DNA from: Lama glama
Lineage: Eukaryota
DNA length: 64,000 nucleotides
Assembly (NCBI GenBank): GCA_028534125.1
Contig: CM052818.1
Span: forward strand, 49,354,001-49,418,000
Reading direction: 5' to 3'
Both the position numbers and the translations under genes were made by a program. The notes under the pieces are model-generated. The model searched no databases, had not been told where the DNA came from, and saw only the letters and a list, made by a program, of their open reading frames with translations. Positions 26,001-39,529 of the stretch are shown here, piece by piece. Each line of letters starts with the position of its first letter. The first letter of the stretch is position 1.

Positions 26001-26901
26001 CTTGATGTCTCATGTAGGCAAGACGTTTGCTATGGTCCCAGCTTTGAACCCTCATACAAGTGATTTAAAGCAGGAGGAAGGAGAAAACTGTGTCTTGATT
26101 TGGGTTGTGGAGAAATGAGTTCTCTTTGGATTCCCCCACGTCCCAATAACTACACGGAATCGAGTCCTCCACTCTCCAGCCATTCACTGCGAGCACGGCA
26201 TTTAGGCTTGGGTTCATCCATGGCTGGCGGCTTTCTCCCAGGGGGAGGCAAGGCTCAGATACCTTGAAGGTGTTTTCCTTTGCACAAAATCAGGGTGTTC
26301 TTAAAAGGAAGAAGAGGAAAGTGCTGGTGGGTAGACAACAGATTACGTCTGCTGCAGAAGCCATTGAAGATTCTCTAGGCAAAAGGAAAAAGCTTCGTTT
26401 CTTAACACACAACGTGGAAGGATGACTGCTTCACCAAATAAACGTTTAACAAACAGTGAAACTGAGTTGCCATTTAGTGAGCACCTACTCTACGCCTTAC
26501 ACTTTATTTTTGTCCATCCCGGTGGTTTCCCACAGCTACCTGGCAAGTGGAAGACCTTCAGCTCTGGTTTTCAAGATGAGGGAAGATAGCGGCGGGGTTA
26601 GGTCACAAAGAAGATGTGATCTGCGAGAGACACAAATGAACAAACATGAAGTTGAGGTCCTGGACCTGGAAGCGCCTGTAGAACTGGGGGTTTTTGTTCT
26701 CTGGATCGCTGTAAGACCTGACATTTCAACGAGCTTGCATGCAGATATTGTCAAACAAGAAAAAATAATTTGGAATTACACTTGATTTACAATAAAATAA
26801 TTCGTCGTAACAATGTAATTACACATCTGTCATGTGTATATGAGAGAGAGAAAAGGTTTTCCCAAAAAACAAATTCAAAATAATTCAGTTGGAAACTGCA
26901 A

Positions 26902-26926
26902 ACACACACACACACACACACACACA
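26902..26926. repeat. (CA)n microsatellite
   Basis: About 12 perfect units. Confidence 0.95.
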
Positions 26927-27449
26927 AAGCTGAGGCTGTCAGGGAGACACTGGGCTGGCATGGATCTCTCTGTGTGATAGAAATAAGCACATTACTGGGC
27001 GTGAAAAAGGAGAAAGAAAAGTGCCCTGGGCCGAGGCACAGAGCGACGAGCCTGGGCGGGGGGCGGGGGGGTGTGAACACTCTGCCCTCCTGGAGAAGAG
27101 AAGACGCCGGCCCCAGTGCCGGGAAGCCTCTGTCAGAGGTTACTTGTGTGAGTGAACTGATCTCTGCTGTCAGGCAAACTGGGCAGCAAGTCTACAAACA
27201 CCTCGCAGGGAAGCACAGGTTCCCCCGAGCACAGCCTGTTCCTCACTTCTGCCGTGTGAGGGCGCTCTCCCTGGGGCTGGAACCTGAGAATTTGCATAAA
27301 GACCTCTGTCTACACCTCATACTTCTGGCAAAGACTTCTGCTTAAGTCAACTTAGAGTGAAATGTTTCGATCCCAACAGAATCATGAAGGATCATTCACT
27401 TTCAACAAACGGTTTTCTTATATTCCTGACATGTCATCACTCCATACAA

Positions 27450-27900
27450 GAGCTCAGACTCCAGGCACTTAGCTATCACGGTTTAAAATGCTGTGTGGAT
27501 ACAAGAGAAGACTCCTGTGCAAGCAGATACTGGCACTGAAGCAACCTTTAGAACAGTGACATTTTGGGAAAAAACATGCATGTCCATTAATAGGAAATTG
27601 GTTTTGCAAAAATATAGATTACCCACACAAGGATATTATTAAAATCAGTAATGAGGTTCTGTATTTGGTGAAGTGGAAACACTTCCCCGAGCTGTTAGGT
27701 GAGAGGGCAGATGATCAGACAGCACGTGGAACCTGAAGTTATTATAAAAATACATGGAATCTAAATGCGTATAAAAGCGTGGAACCCCGCCTAGAAAGAG
27801 GCTCCCTGGAAGGTTACCGCGGCCTCCCTGTGATGATCCGTAACTGGCTTTTACGCTTCTAATTAGTTTACGGTTTCACCGCGCGCGTACTCCTCTTGCC
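27450..27900 (+). mobile_element. Ancient L1ME-like 3' remnant
   Basis: 'catgtccattaataggaaattggttt' followed by UTR-like sequence; the right end grades into the CpG island. Confidence 0.55.
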
Positions 27901-28660
27901 GGGAAGTGGCGCGGCTGGCTGCAGCACGTGAAGCAGCATCTGCAGAACTCGCACGTGGAAGGGCGGTAACGTGGACAGCCGCTCCTGCAGAGCCCGCCGC
28001 GGCGAGGCTTCTGTCCCTCGGGACGAGCCCGCGGAGCGCTCTCGGTAAAGGCCGTCCGCGCCAGGACGACCGCCAAATGGGCGGTAAAGCCCCTGGCGTT
28101 GCCAGAGGCACCCCGTGCCCACACGGAGCCCCGCGTACTCGGTTGCTTCGTTCTGAGCGCCCCCGTGCGGCCAGCAGGCCCGGCCGTGGGAGCCTTTCTC
28201 TGGAGCCGTTTAAGCAGTGGATTCCGCCGTGTGTGCTTGCTGGCTGTCAGCTGGGCTCTGAGCATGTCTTCCAGCTCCTACTGTGGGGGAGAGCGATGCC
28301 TGGCTCCCCAGGCTTGCGGGGCACATCTTCTTCCACTTCAACTAAAAAGACAAAGACATGGCGGCATTATCACTAAGTGAGCTGAGCCGATCTCAAAATC
28401 CTGCATATTGTGCGACTCCAACCACAGGACGTTCTGGAAAAGGCAAACCTCTGGAGGCAGTAAAGAGGCCCGCGAGGGTGCACGTCAGTGCACGTTTGCC
28501 AAAGCCTGCCGCGCGGGCACAGCTGGAGGCCCTGTGACGCGAGGCGCGGGCTTCGGGCGGCCACCGCGACCGCGACGCACCGGTGCCCGGCCGGCGGCGA
28601 CAGCGCGCGGGCCGCCGTGCTGAGGGACGCGACAGTGGGGCAGACCTGCGGGAAACCTCC
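27870..28660. promoter_or_regulatory. CpG island 1
   Basis: Dense CpG and high GC over ~800 bp. No gene could be assigned. Confidence 0.8.
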
Positions 28661-28727
28661 GTCCTTTCCACTCAGTTTTGCTATAAACCTAAAACTCCTC
28701 GAAAAGGCAAAACTTCTTAGTTAAAAA
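28345..28727 (+). mobile_element. L1MC1-3-like 3' end with GC-transformed centre
   Basis: Both flanks match the L1MC 3' UTR as I recall it ('tccaaccacaggacgttctggaaaaggcaaacctctggaggcagtaaaga' and 'ttccactcagttttgctataaacctaaaactcctc'), and the GC-rich middle is collinear. Confidence 0.8.
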
Positions 28728-29029
28728 CAGTATGCGGAACAAGACTAGCGCTCCGGGAGAACCGAAGTCTGAACAGCTGGAGCTGCCTGGCCCTTTTCCG
28801 TCTCTGAGACGCCACTTGAAAAGTGGGAATGGAGATCGAGTAAGGGTCGAAAGAGCTCTGTTAATCCCAAGGTGCACCTTCAATGTTTTCTCACCAAGGG
28901 TCCTGGCCTCCCTGCTCTCTGATTGTAGAGGAAATCGAGGGACATACTGGGGACAAAGTGTCCTACGTCCAGGAGTAACACCTCGACTTCACAGACGTCT
29001 GGAAAATCGATTCTTCTTGTATTATTTTC

Positions 29030-29622
29030 TATCATTAAGTAATAATTTATTACACATGTAAAGCTTACAGCAAGACCTATTCACTAGCCTGCAGTTTTGT
29101 GGCTCAGAAGTGCAGGTGCTGCGTGGCCGGGCTCTCCGCCAGGGGCTGAGACCCAGCTGTCAGTCAGGCTGCGTTTTCACCTGGAGACCTGGGAGGCTGA
29201 ACCCACCCCACACTCCTTCAGTCAGTGGCCAGACTCACATCCTAGTGGTCGGAGAGCAGGGATCCTTGTTTCCTTGCTGGCTGTTGACTGGGGGGGCCCC
29301 CTCAGCAACTTGAGGTCCCTGCATTCCTGGCCACATGGCTCCCATCTTTCAATACAGCAACAGAGACCCCCCCCCTCCGTGTGCTGAATCCCCCTCACAC
29401 CTAAAATCTCTCTTGCCAGGGGGAGCCCTGCCCACCACCTGATGAAGTCAGGCCCACCAAGGATAGTCTCCTTAAGTCAAGGTCAGCTGGCTGGGAACCT
29501 AACCACACGTGCACAGTCCTCTCACTGCAGTCCACAGATTAGCGCTGGACTGAATCCTGGAAGGAGACATTTGCACACACAGGGCCAGGGAGCTCCGGGG
29601 TCAGCTTAGAATTCTGTCTACC
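29030..29622 (-). mobile_element. MaLR solo LTR (MLT1E/F-like)
   Basis: 'tccttgtttccttgctggctgttgactgggggg', 'cattcctggccacatggctccc', end 'cttagaattctgtctacc'. Confidence 0.75.
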
Positions 29623-32600
29623 CCTTTATCAAACATCCAGTTTCGTACAGCAGTGACACCCTGAAAATACTTAATGCCATTGACACTGGGCAAATGTGTG
29701 TATACTGAAAACTCCCACCCACTGAACATACAGCAAAAATATATCGAGTTAAAATGTTTACTTCAAAACGAGCAACCCTTTCCCACTGAAATTTACAAGA
29801 AACAGGGAATTTCCAGCATGAAGGCCGGTTAAACAGCTGACTCCTGGGTAGAAGCGTTGCCTTTCACGCAGAAGCAGTTTTGTCTTTGTTAAGCTGCGCT
29901 GACTGCACACACGAAGACCTTCAAGGTGCCTCACCTTCTCAACTGCAGAGTTAGGAAATGCTGGAACAGAGAGGCACGGAACCTTTTTAACACCCCTTAC
30001 CCATGTGTCCGTGATTGTCTACAAATAAATTCTTCTAGCTCTTTGACCAAAGAGGCCTTTTCTGTTTGTTTGTTTTCGGTTTGGGTTTGGGTTTAATAGA
30101 AGGACAGACCCCTGGAGTCATCTACTAACCCCCGTGGACTCCTCTTTCCCTCCGTTGCTGGCCGCAGACTGGCCCCCCGCAGGGTGATGAAGCCAGGTCC
30201 AGAGCTGCGGTGCCAGCTGTGCTCGGACCTCGGCCAGCCTGCGTCGTCCACCGCCTGGCAGCGCCAGGCTCAGGTCAGACACGGGTCCGCCACACGCCAG
30301 GGCTGCAAGGAAGACGCTACTTCACAAAGTGGCCTTCGAGGCCCTGAGAAGGGCCCTAAGCAAAGTTAGGCTAGCACTAGACCCAAAGAGGACTTCCACA
30401 AAAAATACAGTTTTTCCCCTTTCACTAGAATTAGATTTGAAACGTGGGACATGTACTTGCATGCACATTGAGTGTCTCGTAGTAAATGAGAAAAAAAAAC
30501 AATTCAATCTTGAAGTCAAGACAAAATATTTTCTATAAAGATAACAAATGCATTCAGAGTATGAACAGAGCATAATGAAGAACTGATGTGGTTCTCCTCT
30601 GAAGTCTTGACAGAGCCTAAAGAGAAATCTGATTTTAGAGGCTTGAAAACTCACGCCACCTTCTGCGACGTCTCGCTTGGCAGCCTGAGGGCTGAGCCCC
30701 TGAAGGAGGGAGCTCAGGCACGCAGAGGGGCTTCTGATGCCTTTTATCTGAAGGGGTCAAGGTTCAAATACCAGGCGCTGAGGTTTAAAGAAATATTTGT
30801 TTAAGGTGGCTTAACTGATGTTTAAAAAAAAAGTTTCATTCTGCACAGCAATTCATCACAATCGTGGGTGCAGGTTCACCGTGGGAGCAAATGAAACAAA
30901 CACAGACCTGGACACCTGGAGCTGTCGGAGTGGGGTCCAGGGCGTGGGTGAGTCACGTGTGCCAAGATCTCCCCAAAATCGCACAAAGCTCACACACCAG
31001 CATCATGGCAAGGGAATCCACACAGCCCTGCCCGATCTCAGTGAATGACTATTGAAAAGCACGTGTAACCCTGACGAGTGTTGTGCACCAAGCAAAGGTC
31101 TAAGATTTTGATCCTTGATAAAAACTATGACAAGGGACTCAAAAGGTCTCCCTTTACCAGGGAGGAGGGGAGGCTTGTCACTGGGGGGCTACAGGAATGT
31201 GCTCCAGGTCACAAGGCCAGCAGAAGGGAAACTGAAACCCAGGCACAGACCTAGGCTCTGACCCCAGAGCACCAGCAACACTGTTCCATTTAGGATGATT
31301 CCACTTTTAAAAAAAATTGTTAATAATCTTCTCTCGTGTGTTATATAAGGAGACAGGTACCACTGCAGCAAAAGTGTGTTAGTGGAGAAAATCTATACAG
31401 ATAAAAATAAAGGAAAACTTTAGTTACTCCTTAAAAAAAAAAGTCTTCTCTCATATTTCAGCTCCCAGACAACATGCAAGCCTTTGATGCAAACGCTTCT
31501 TTCAAGCGCACCTGCTACATCCCACATTTTAAGTGTGAGGGGTTGCCAACCAGGATAAACATGAATTTTGCCTTCAGGAGAATTAGGTAAGGAAGTCACA
31601 TCCATTATGTGACATTAAAAGATGACTCTGGGGTTTTACAGTTAATTTATTTTTGATGCTTGATTTTTTTTAGCAGTTTTCAGCAGTTACACATTTCCTC
31701 TGCAGGGCATAACTTACAGAGAGAGAGTCAGACAAGGAATGTGCCCTCCTGCCCCTCCCCTCCTCGGCGGGCGGCTGTGGCTCACCGCCTGGTCTAAGAA
31801 ACAGGGTGAAGACCAACTCCCTCATTCGATGGGAGCAGAACTCGGAAGGTTAAAGGCTGGCTGGAGTTTGGTGTTGTAGCTGAGGGGCGGAGGCATGAAG
31901 GGTCCTTGACATCTGGCCTGGCCTCTAAACAAGCCAGAATCAACAGCATCCTGCCCGGCTTCCATCGGCACCAAGAAAATGGGAGTTTCATCCTGGTAAC
32001 GAGTAAGGCCCCTTCAACAATAACGTGGTTTTGCATCAGAGGTAAACCTGTGCAGCGTAAACGGACAGCAGGCCTTGTCATCAGCGAGTTAAAAAAGGAA
32101 CTTGGTGTGTTTCAGCTACGGGTGTGTGACAATGGCCTGAAGCGTCCACAGTGAGGAAATGCGTCACGAAGCTGTGCTTCCTGCCCAGATCTACACGCAT
32201 TTTTCACTTAAAAGGCTCGTCACTTGCAAAGTCAAATATGACTTCAAAGGGAATAAATAATTCAAACTGAAAAAGGTGATGATTTTAAATTCAGGCGATG
32301 ATTACTAAAATCTACGTTTATCAGAAATGCAGTTATATCATAAAAATTCTCTTTTCCTTTCTGTGTCCTGACTAAATTACACTGAAATATTCATCGTTTA
32401 TAATTTTGAGTTGTACATTATATGACAGAAAAGTGAATACATATAAATGTCTCTGAAATATGGGTAGAAAAGAAAATCTTATCAGTGAAAAAAAAAAAAT
32501 CCGTGATATCTGCACCCTAAGCCTAGGAGTATTTACTGAAAGACAGTAATATGGAAAACCATTTTACATTTCAAAACTGGAAATAATTTGTAGCTGGTGA

Positions 32601-32809
32601 AGCACTGGGTTTGCATTCAACGGACTTGTGCTCAAGCCGTGACTGTCCCAGTTGGTCATGCAAATTACTGAATTCCAGGCATTCAGTCACTTCCTCTGTG
32701 AAACCTGGACAGTACTCAGTCCGCAGATGCGCTGTGACAGGTAAAGGAGCTTGCTCATAGAAACGCGCTGTATTAACTCCATGGGGCTGTTTGCGGTAGT
32801 GAAATACAC

Positions 32810-33260
32810 ACATCCCTCAGCTTAGGGGCTTTCAACTTTGCAGTGGTGCAAAAGCTCCGTGCGTTCAGTAGAAACAGTTCTTCAGATTTTGAATTTTCAT
32901 CTTCCCCAGGCTGGCGATGTGTGGTCCGATAGTATCTCAGGATGCTGGGCAGGGCCAGTGAGCTGCAGCCACCAGTCACCCCCAGCATCACAAAGGTGAA
33001 CCACCTGTGCACCGACAACCATCCTGCATCCAAACACTCTGGTTTTCAGTTCCAGCACAGTATTTGGTAAATTGCATGAGACATCCCACACTTCATTATA
33101 AGCCAGCTCTGTGCTGGATGCTTTTGCTGAGCCGCAGGCTAACGTGATTGTTCCAAGCAGGTGTAAGGTAGGTGTTTTAAGTGTATTTTCCACATAGGAT
33201 ATTTTCAACTCACAATGGGTTTATCTGGACATAGGCCCACCGTAAGTTGAGGAAGATCTG
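32810..33260 (-). mobile_element. MER47/Tigger5-type TcMar DNA transposon
   Basis: Terminus 'caatgggtttatctggacataggcccaccgtaagttgaggaagatctg' followed by TA; the other end has 'tggtgcaaaagctccgtgcgttcagtagaaac'. Confidence 0.8.
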
Positions 33261-33629
33261 TAATCACATCGCCTGTTTAAAACTGGGAATAAATCCTCAA
33301 GCCATGGATTTAAAAAAAAAATAAGTTTTAAAAGCTCAACAGTCTACTGAGAACAAATACAGTTAGTTTTCCTGCATAAAAAACAAACAAATAGATCATG
33401 ACCAACGAATAAGCCAGTAATAAATAAGCAAATATATAAAAATCGAGAAGAAAGAACCATAAAGTCAGAGGCAGCTCACGGTGCCTGGCACGCTGCATTT
33501 GCAACACGACTGAGAGGGACGACTTAGTGAGTTGGAGGACCAAGCTGCAGCCTGCAGAGAAAGCTTGTGTGGGCTCCAGTGGCCCGAGGCTGGAGTGCCT
33601 GCATTTGCAAAACAATCCACAGTTTATTA

Positions 33630-33795
33630 GGTTTGGAGAGCTCAATTAGTCCTTCAGTCCATCAGTTTCTTTATTGAAATTATTGGGAGATTAATAGCAC
33701 ACGCTCTTAGCGTTTCTGTAAAAGTAAAATTAGTCAAGATGCATAAACACTTAAAGTGGTGCCTGTCGCACGGTAAACAGTACAAGCGTTACTAG
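33630..33795 (+). mobile_element. MIR
   Basis: 'gatgcataaacacttaaagtggtgcctgtcgcacggtaaac' resembles the MIR 3' half. Confidence 0.6.
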
Positions 33796-34229
33796 TGTCA
33801 GTGTTGTCACAACCCGGTCTCAGCCAAATCTGCCAAAGACAAAGAGAGATACCTCTCAGCACAGCTGGCCCCTGAGCCTCATCGCTTAACGTAGTTACAC
33901 GTTTCTGATCTAGACTCACGTGTTGCTTTTGCCAAGATTTCCTTACTCTCATGAGATGCTGTGCTGTGCCACTTTCGAACATGCAAATGTGCCTTTTGTA
34001 TAGTTTCGGTGATCTTTTGATGTGTAACAAACAATCTCAAAAGCCAGCATCTTAAAGTGAGGCTTTATTTTGCTCTAACTGTGTGGCTCATGAATTCTTC
34101 AAGGACGCAGCTGGGTGGTCTATCTCTGATCGATGTTGAATCCAAAGTAAGAAACATTCATTGAGTGGGACCATCACGCCAGATCCGTTTCTGTATCCCA
34201 GCCTCGGGAACTGAATTAAAGTGCACTTA

Positions 34230-35970
34230 CATATTACAAACATTCCAATATCTAGCAAAAATGATCGAAATACGTGTGCAACCTCTACATTGAGAAATTA
34301 AAATCTGCATTAAAAACAAAATGTGATGGAGAGAAATTCAAGGGTCATCTTAAGAAATGGAGAGCTACACCAATTTCGCAGATTGAAAAGCTCATTATTG
34401 TCCACATTGTCATTCTCTCCAACTTAATATACAGTTTCAACAAAATTGTAACCAAAATCTCGGAAGAATTTGCATACATATATACAGACAAAGACAGACA
34501 GAAAAATATGGAAATTCAAAGGGCCTTGCATAGCCAAAATTTTACAGTTTGAAAACAGGTGAAGGGCTCCTGTAACCTGACTTCTAGACTTGTCAGCTAC
34601 AGGACACAAGGCTGACATCGACATAAAGATACACACAGAGACCAAAAGCAGGATGATTTACCCAGAAATATACCTGTACACATATGGTCAACTTTGATTT
34701 CCAACCAAGGCACCAAGGCAATTCAACCAGAAAAAGGAAGTCACTGGACAAATGGTAAACTGGGAAAACTGGATATCCATCTAGAAAAAGGAGCATGTCA
34801 CAGCATCCGCTCTATACCAGAGTTAAAATTAATTGAAAGTGGGTGTAGAGTCAAATGTGAAAGCTATAATTAAAAAGCTTTAGAAGAACACACACAGTAC
34901 CCTCATAGTTTTTTGCTAGACAAAGATTTCTTTAAATGCAAAAGAGCACTGTCAAAAAAAGATTAATGAATTAGATGTCTTTAAAACTAAGACATTTTGC
35001 TTATCAAAAGATGCAAGAGAGTAAAATAACTAAACTGCACTTGGGAGGATACTAAATAAGTCTATTTATAAGATATTTATAAAGATATCAAAAATGTATA
35101 TGTCAAAGAAATCATATCAATAATATAAAATGCATTCCTACAGATAAATATTTAAGAAGACACAGTAAAGTAAAAAAATGTCACTAAGGATTTAGACAGG
35201 CATTTCCCACATAAAGTTATTTTCCTGGCCAAAAACATGTGGAAAAACGATAAAATGGTCCTTTTTAGGGAAATTAAAACCATAATGATCTATCAGTACG
35301 CCCACAAAATGGCTAAAACTCAAGACAACTGGTAGCAAGTGTTAGCTGGCACACGCAGCAGTTGGAACCCTCACATATTGATAATATCCATGTAAATGCT
35401 TAAAACAAATTTGAAAATGTGTTTGGCAATATTTATGATGCAGCTTTCTGACAGTCCTTCATATATTCTCAAAAGGAAAAATGAAGCGTATATTTAGCTA
35501 GTGACAGTAAATGTTGATATAAGCTTTATTTATCATAAAGAAAAATTAGAAATAACCAACTGCCCATGCATTGATTGGAGAATGAGTAATTGAACTGTGG
35601 TCTGTACATATGATGGCCTCCTACGAGGCGATACAGAATAACCATCCACACGCAAACGCAGCATCATAGGGCACCTCATGGAAGTAGTGAAGAGAAACAA
35701 GGTAAAGAAACCAACGGCAGAAGACTGAAAACTCTGAATAAGGCAAAATAATCTACGGTGTTGGAATTAAGAATGATGGTTATTTCAAGGAAGAGGATTT
35801 GAGTGTAAAAGGGCACAAAGGAGGATCTGACATGTTGGAAATATTCTGTGGCTAATTAGTGGGGTGGCTACGTAGGCACAGCTGTATAAAGTTAATTCAC
35901 TTGACTACTGAAGATTGGTGGATGTTACTGTATATTTGTCATACTGTGTTACAATATTTTTAAAATAGGG
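34230..35970 (+). mobile_element. Ancient L1 (L1MC/ME-like) ORF2 3' half plus UTR
   Basis: Peptide 'LKKWRATPISQIEKLIIVHIVILSNLIYSFNKI' is decayed ORF2; collinear to a UTR end near 35960. Confidence 0.85.
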
Positions 35971-35971
35971 A

Positions 35972-36615
35972 GCAGACAGCCTACAGGGAGAAAATATTTG
36001 CAAACAATGCAACCGACAAGAGGTTAATTCCCAAAGTATAAAAACTCATGCAACTCATCCCAAAAAAGCAAACCACCCAATCACACACTAGGCAGCAAAC
36101 CTAAGAGACAGTTTTCCAAAGAAGACGTAACAGGTGGACAACAGGCACATGAAAAGTTGCTAAACATCGGTAATTCTCAGAGAAACACAACTCAAAACTG
36201 AAATGGGGTGTCCCCTCACACCAGTCAGAATGGCCATCATTAAAAAGTCCACCAAAAAAAGAATGAAATCATACCTTTTGCAGCAAGGTGGATGGACCTG
36301 GAGATTGTCATACTCAGTGAAGCCAGCCAGACAGAGAAAGAAAAATACTGTATGATATCACTTAGATGAGGAATCTAGAATATAACACAAATGTACTTAT
36401 TTACAAAACAGAGACAGAGCCACAGACATAGAAAACAAACTTATGGTTAGCAGTGGGGAGAGAAGGGGGAGCGGTAAGCTGGGAATTTGGGATTAGCCGA
36501 TACGAACTGCTGTATATAAAACAGATAAACAACAAGGTCCTACTGTAGAGCAGGGAACGCTGTTCATATACGTATGAAACCGAATCACTTTGTTGTACAC
36601 TAGAAACTAACACTC
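35972..36615 (+). mobile_element. Artiodactyl-type L1 3' fragment with internal deletion near 36255
   Basis: Collinear with the in-window copy at ~40010-41030, but jumps from '...aaaagtccac' to 'aaaaagaatgaaatcatacc'. Confidence 0.88.
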
Positions 36616-36705
36616 ACACCAGAAAAACAAGGAAGACCATCAGTGGTAAAATATGCTAATTTTTGCATTAAAAAAAGCTGGAATGGTGGTATAGGTACTT
36701 ACGTA

Positions 36706-36806
36706 TTTTATTTTTAGAGGAGGTACTGGGGATTGAACCCAGGACTTCGCGTATGCCGAGGTGCGTAATGTGTGCGCACACTCTGCCACTTGATCTATAC
36801 CCTCCC
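36706..36806 (-). mobile_element. tRNA-derived camelid SINE (vic-1-like)
   Basis: Minus strand reads gggagggTATAGATCAAGTGGcagag (Pol III A-box-like) ... GGTTCAATCCC (B box) cagtacctcc, then an A-rich tail. Confidence 0.85.
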
Positions 36807-39529
36807 TGAGGGCAACAAGACAGAGCAGAGCAGTTAAGAGTGGATGTGGGGCTAGGCTTCTCGTTTATATTTTTATAGAATTTTGATTTTTTTTAGTCAT
36901 ACGAACACATTAAGTATTCTAGACTGCATTTAATTTCAAAAAATTCTAAATGTAAATTCCTGGCTTGGGACTGCTTTTTAAAAGCATCATTTTATGCACA
37001 ATAGATTAAATTGATTTCCCCCACCGAGGACTCGAGTATGCAAACAATGTTTTTGTGTAAACACCCATCGTTGATCTTCACTGCTATTTCGCAACTGAAA
37101 GCAGACGTCATGCTGCGCTCTCTTTGGGTGCGTTCGCGATGCTGCCTTAATTCCGCTCTGTCCGCCCCGTCCAGCCGCACGCCGGGCAGGACGGCGTGCG
37201 TCCTTCAGAGGGGAAGAGTGCCGGGCGTTGCGGAGCCAACCTGCGCGCAGCTAGTAGGTTCCTGCGCTGTGACGGGGACACTTCTGGGAGGGGAGGAGGT
37301 GAGTTAGACGGCGTGGCAGCCCGCTGTCCAGGTGGTCCCCAACGGCTACCCACTTCCTGGCACTCACACCCTCACAAAACCCCCTCCCACTCTGGACCAG
37401 AGTTGGTCTCTGTGACCCAGCGTGCTCAGCAGAGGGGATGGAGGCCACCTCCAAAATTCGATCATGGAAAGACTGCAGCTCCCACCTGGATGCACTCCCT
37501 GGCTCTCTCTCCTGAATCCCTCACTCAGTGTGGCTTTAGTTGACACACACTCAATTTTTCAAAAATATAATATTTTTAAAAATATGTTGAATAAATCTTT
37601 GCATAATTAACAAAGGTTTTATATTTCTGATAAGAATATATTGATCAGACTTTAAAGTGTGTGTATGTGTGTGGTGGCGGAGGGTTGAGATGCTATTCCA
37701 GAACCTTCTTACCTGAATTAAAGACCTTGGAACAATCGGACTTTCTGGACCAGAAGGCATCTAGGAGGATTCTAACGTGCTCCAGTGAGCTGGACTGGTG
37801 TTTACTCATCTCACAAATGTCTGGGGCCCTGCTGGGACTCTGCAGACACACAAATAAAAGGACTCGCTCCCCACTCTTCAGTTGCTCCGTCAGTCAGAGT
37901 GACAGTACCCAGGACCCCCACCAGCAATCCCCCTGGTGCGTGAGGATGACCATTTCTTCTCTTCTCCTCCACGTTCCCACTGCCAGGTCGGAGCCACCTG
38001 AGTGGACACGCAGTTAGAGACGCCCCTGCGAGGGAGCCAACAGGTTAGTGCTGAAGCGAGGACTTGAACCTAGAACTGTCTCATTCCAAGAGTCATGGTT
38101 TTGTTTTTCCTTCTGTGCAACTCCATCTTTTAAAGAGTATGGCTGACAGTCATTCAGCTAGAAAAAAGTCAGTGCTCTCTGAACTTGTGTCCATCAGTGC
38201 GACCTTCCAAACGGTCATCACCGACGTCCTGCGCCCAGATCTCAGTCTCGCCTTGCTCTTCAGTGACCCACCAGAGCTAAAGCAGATCTCTCAGGTTTAG
38301 TGACAATTCCAGGGGGCTCCCTGGCAACTAAATGTCTCTGATGCTAAGCCGGTCTGTATGACGGGGACAATTTGAAGGAGCAAAACACTGAAGAACAAAG
38401 GAGCTCCTGGAGACCAGCAGACTGGTAGGCAACCAGGCTTAGCCCAATTTAAATCACAAAGACCTCATTAGACGGCCCTTGTTCTGCTATGGTTAACATT
38501 TGATTGTGTGGGTGCCTGGAGTTACTGCCCTTCTTAATTAGATCAGACTCCACTTTTACCCACCCCCAGGAAAGAGAGAACAGAAAAGATGAATTCTGCA
38601 TCCTCCCCCTTGAAATGCTAATTACCCTCAGCAGTGAAAGTCCTAAATCAGGAGGTTCGCGCAGAGGGCGGCCCCATCCGCAGGAAGATCCTGCTCTATT
38701 GTGTCTCTAACAATAGGCGCAGATGTCGGCCCGCCCTCCTCCGATGACTTTTGCCTAATAACCACCTTCAGTGTGTCCCAGTTGCACCTGTTTAGCATTT
38801 TTAAATGAATGAGTGTGCTTGATTGCCTCCAAAAATCTTGTCCACTTCTGTCAACCTGATTATACCACCACAACACGGAGCGACTGCATGAGCGGCAGAC
38901 GCTCGGCAGACTGGAAGGAGGCCAACCCCACCAGCTGGCCGGGCGGCTTCTTCCTGTGGTTGTTCTTCACGACTGCCCGCCTGTAGAAGGGTCCTGGCTT
39001 AATCCCGGCAGGAGACCGTCCTCACTGGCCATCAGGTTAGGGAGGATACATGAGGTGGCTCTAAATGCTGGTGGAATGGGCGGCTGACAAACCAGAGCGT
39101 GCCACACACACACACCAGGAAGGATGGCAGGAGGGTGTTGAGGGGCCTCGGTGACTGAGACTTGCAGGACCAGCAACTAGAAGGAGAGGCTGACCTTCAG
39201 CACCTCCTTTGAGCCTGCAGTGGTTCTGTGCAGTGCTCGGAAGACCTAGGAACCAGAGACCAACCCAGGGACTGGCCTTTACTACAAGAAGACAGCCATT
39301 CTGGGAACTTTGTATATGTTCTCTCCTGTCAGATACACTGCGCTCATTCTGCTTTCAGTGAAGTTAGGATAGAAAAGGTATAAAACGCTGTGGCGATACA
39401 GAACATTTGTTTATCCAGTCTCTGAATCTCTCTCCCCACTTAAACCAATACTCAACTGATATCCCCAGGAAATGACTGAGGAAATTATCATAAAAGGACA
39501 CAATTGATTATTAAGCAAGCATTAATAAT

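Noticed and set aside
28358..28537. ATGGCGGCA-initiated ~59-aa ORF with a YY1-like motif and a possible donor (aa|gtgagc) in CpG island 1
   Set aside because: It lies within the L1MC 3' UTR remnant and has no recognisable protein similarity.
36706..36806. Possible tRNA gene (A and B boxes)
   Set aside because: No intact cloverleaf, extra internal bases and an A-rich tail indicate a tRNA-derived SINE.
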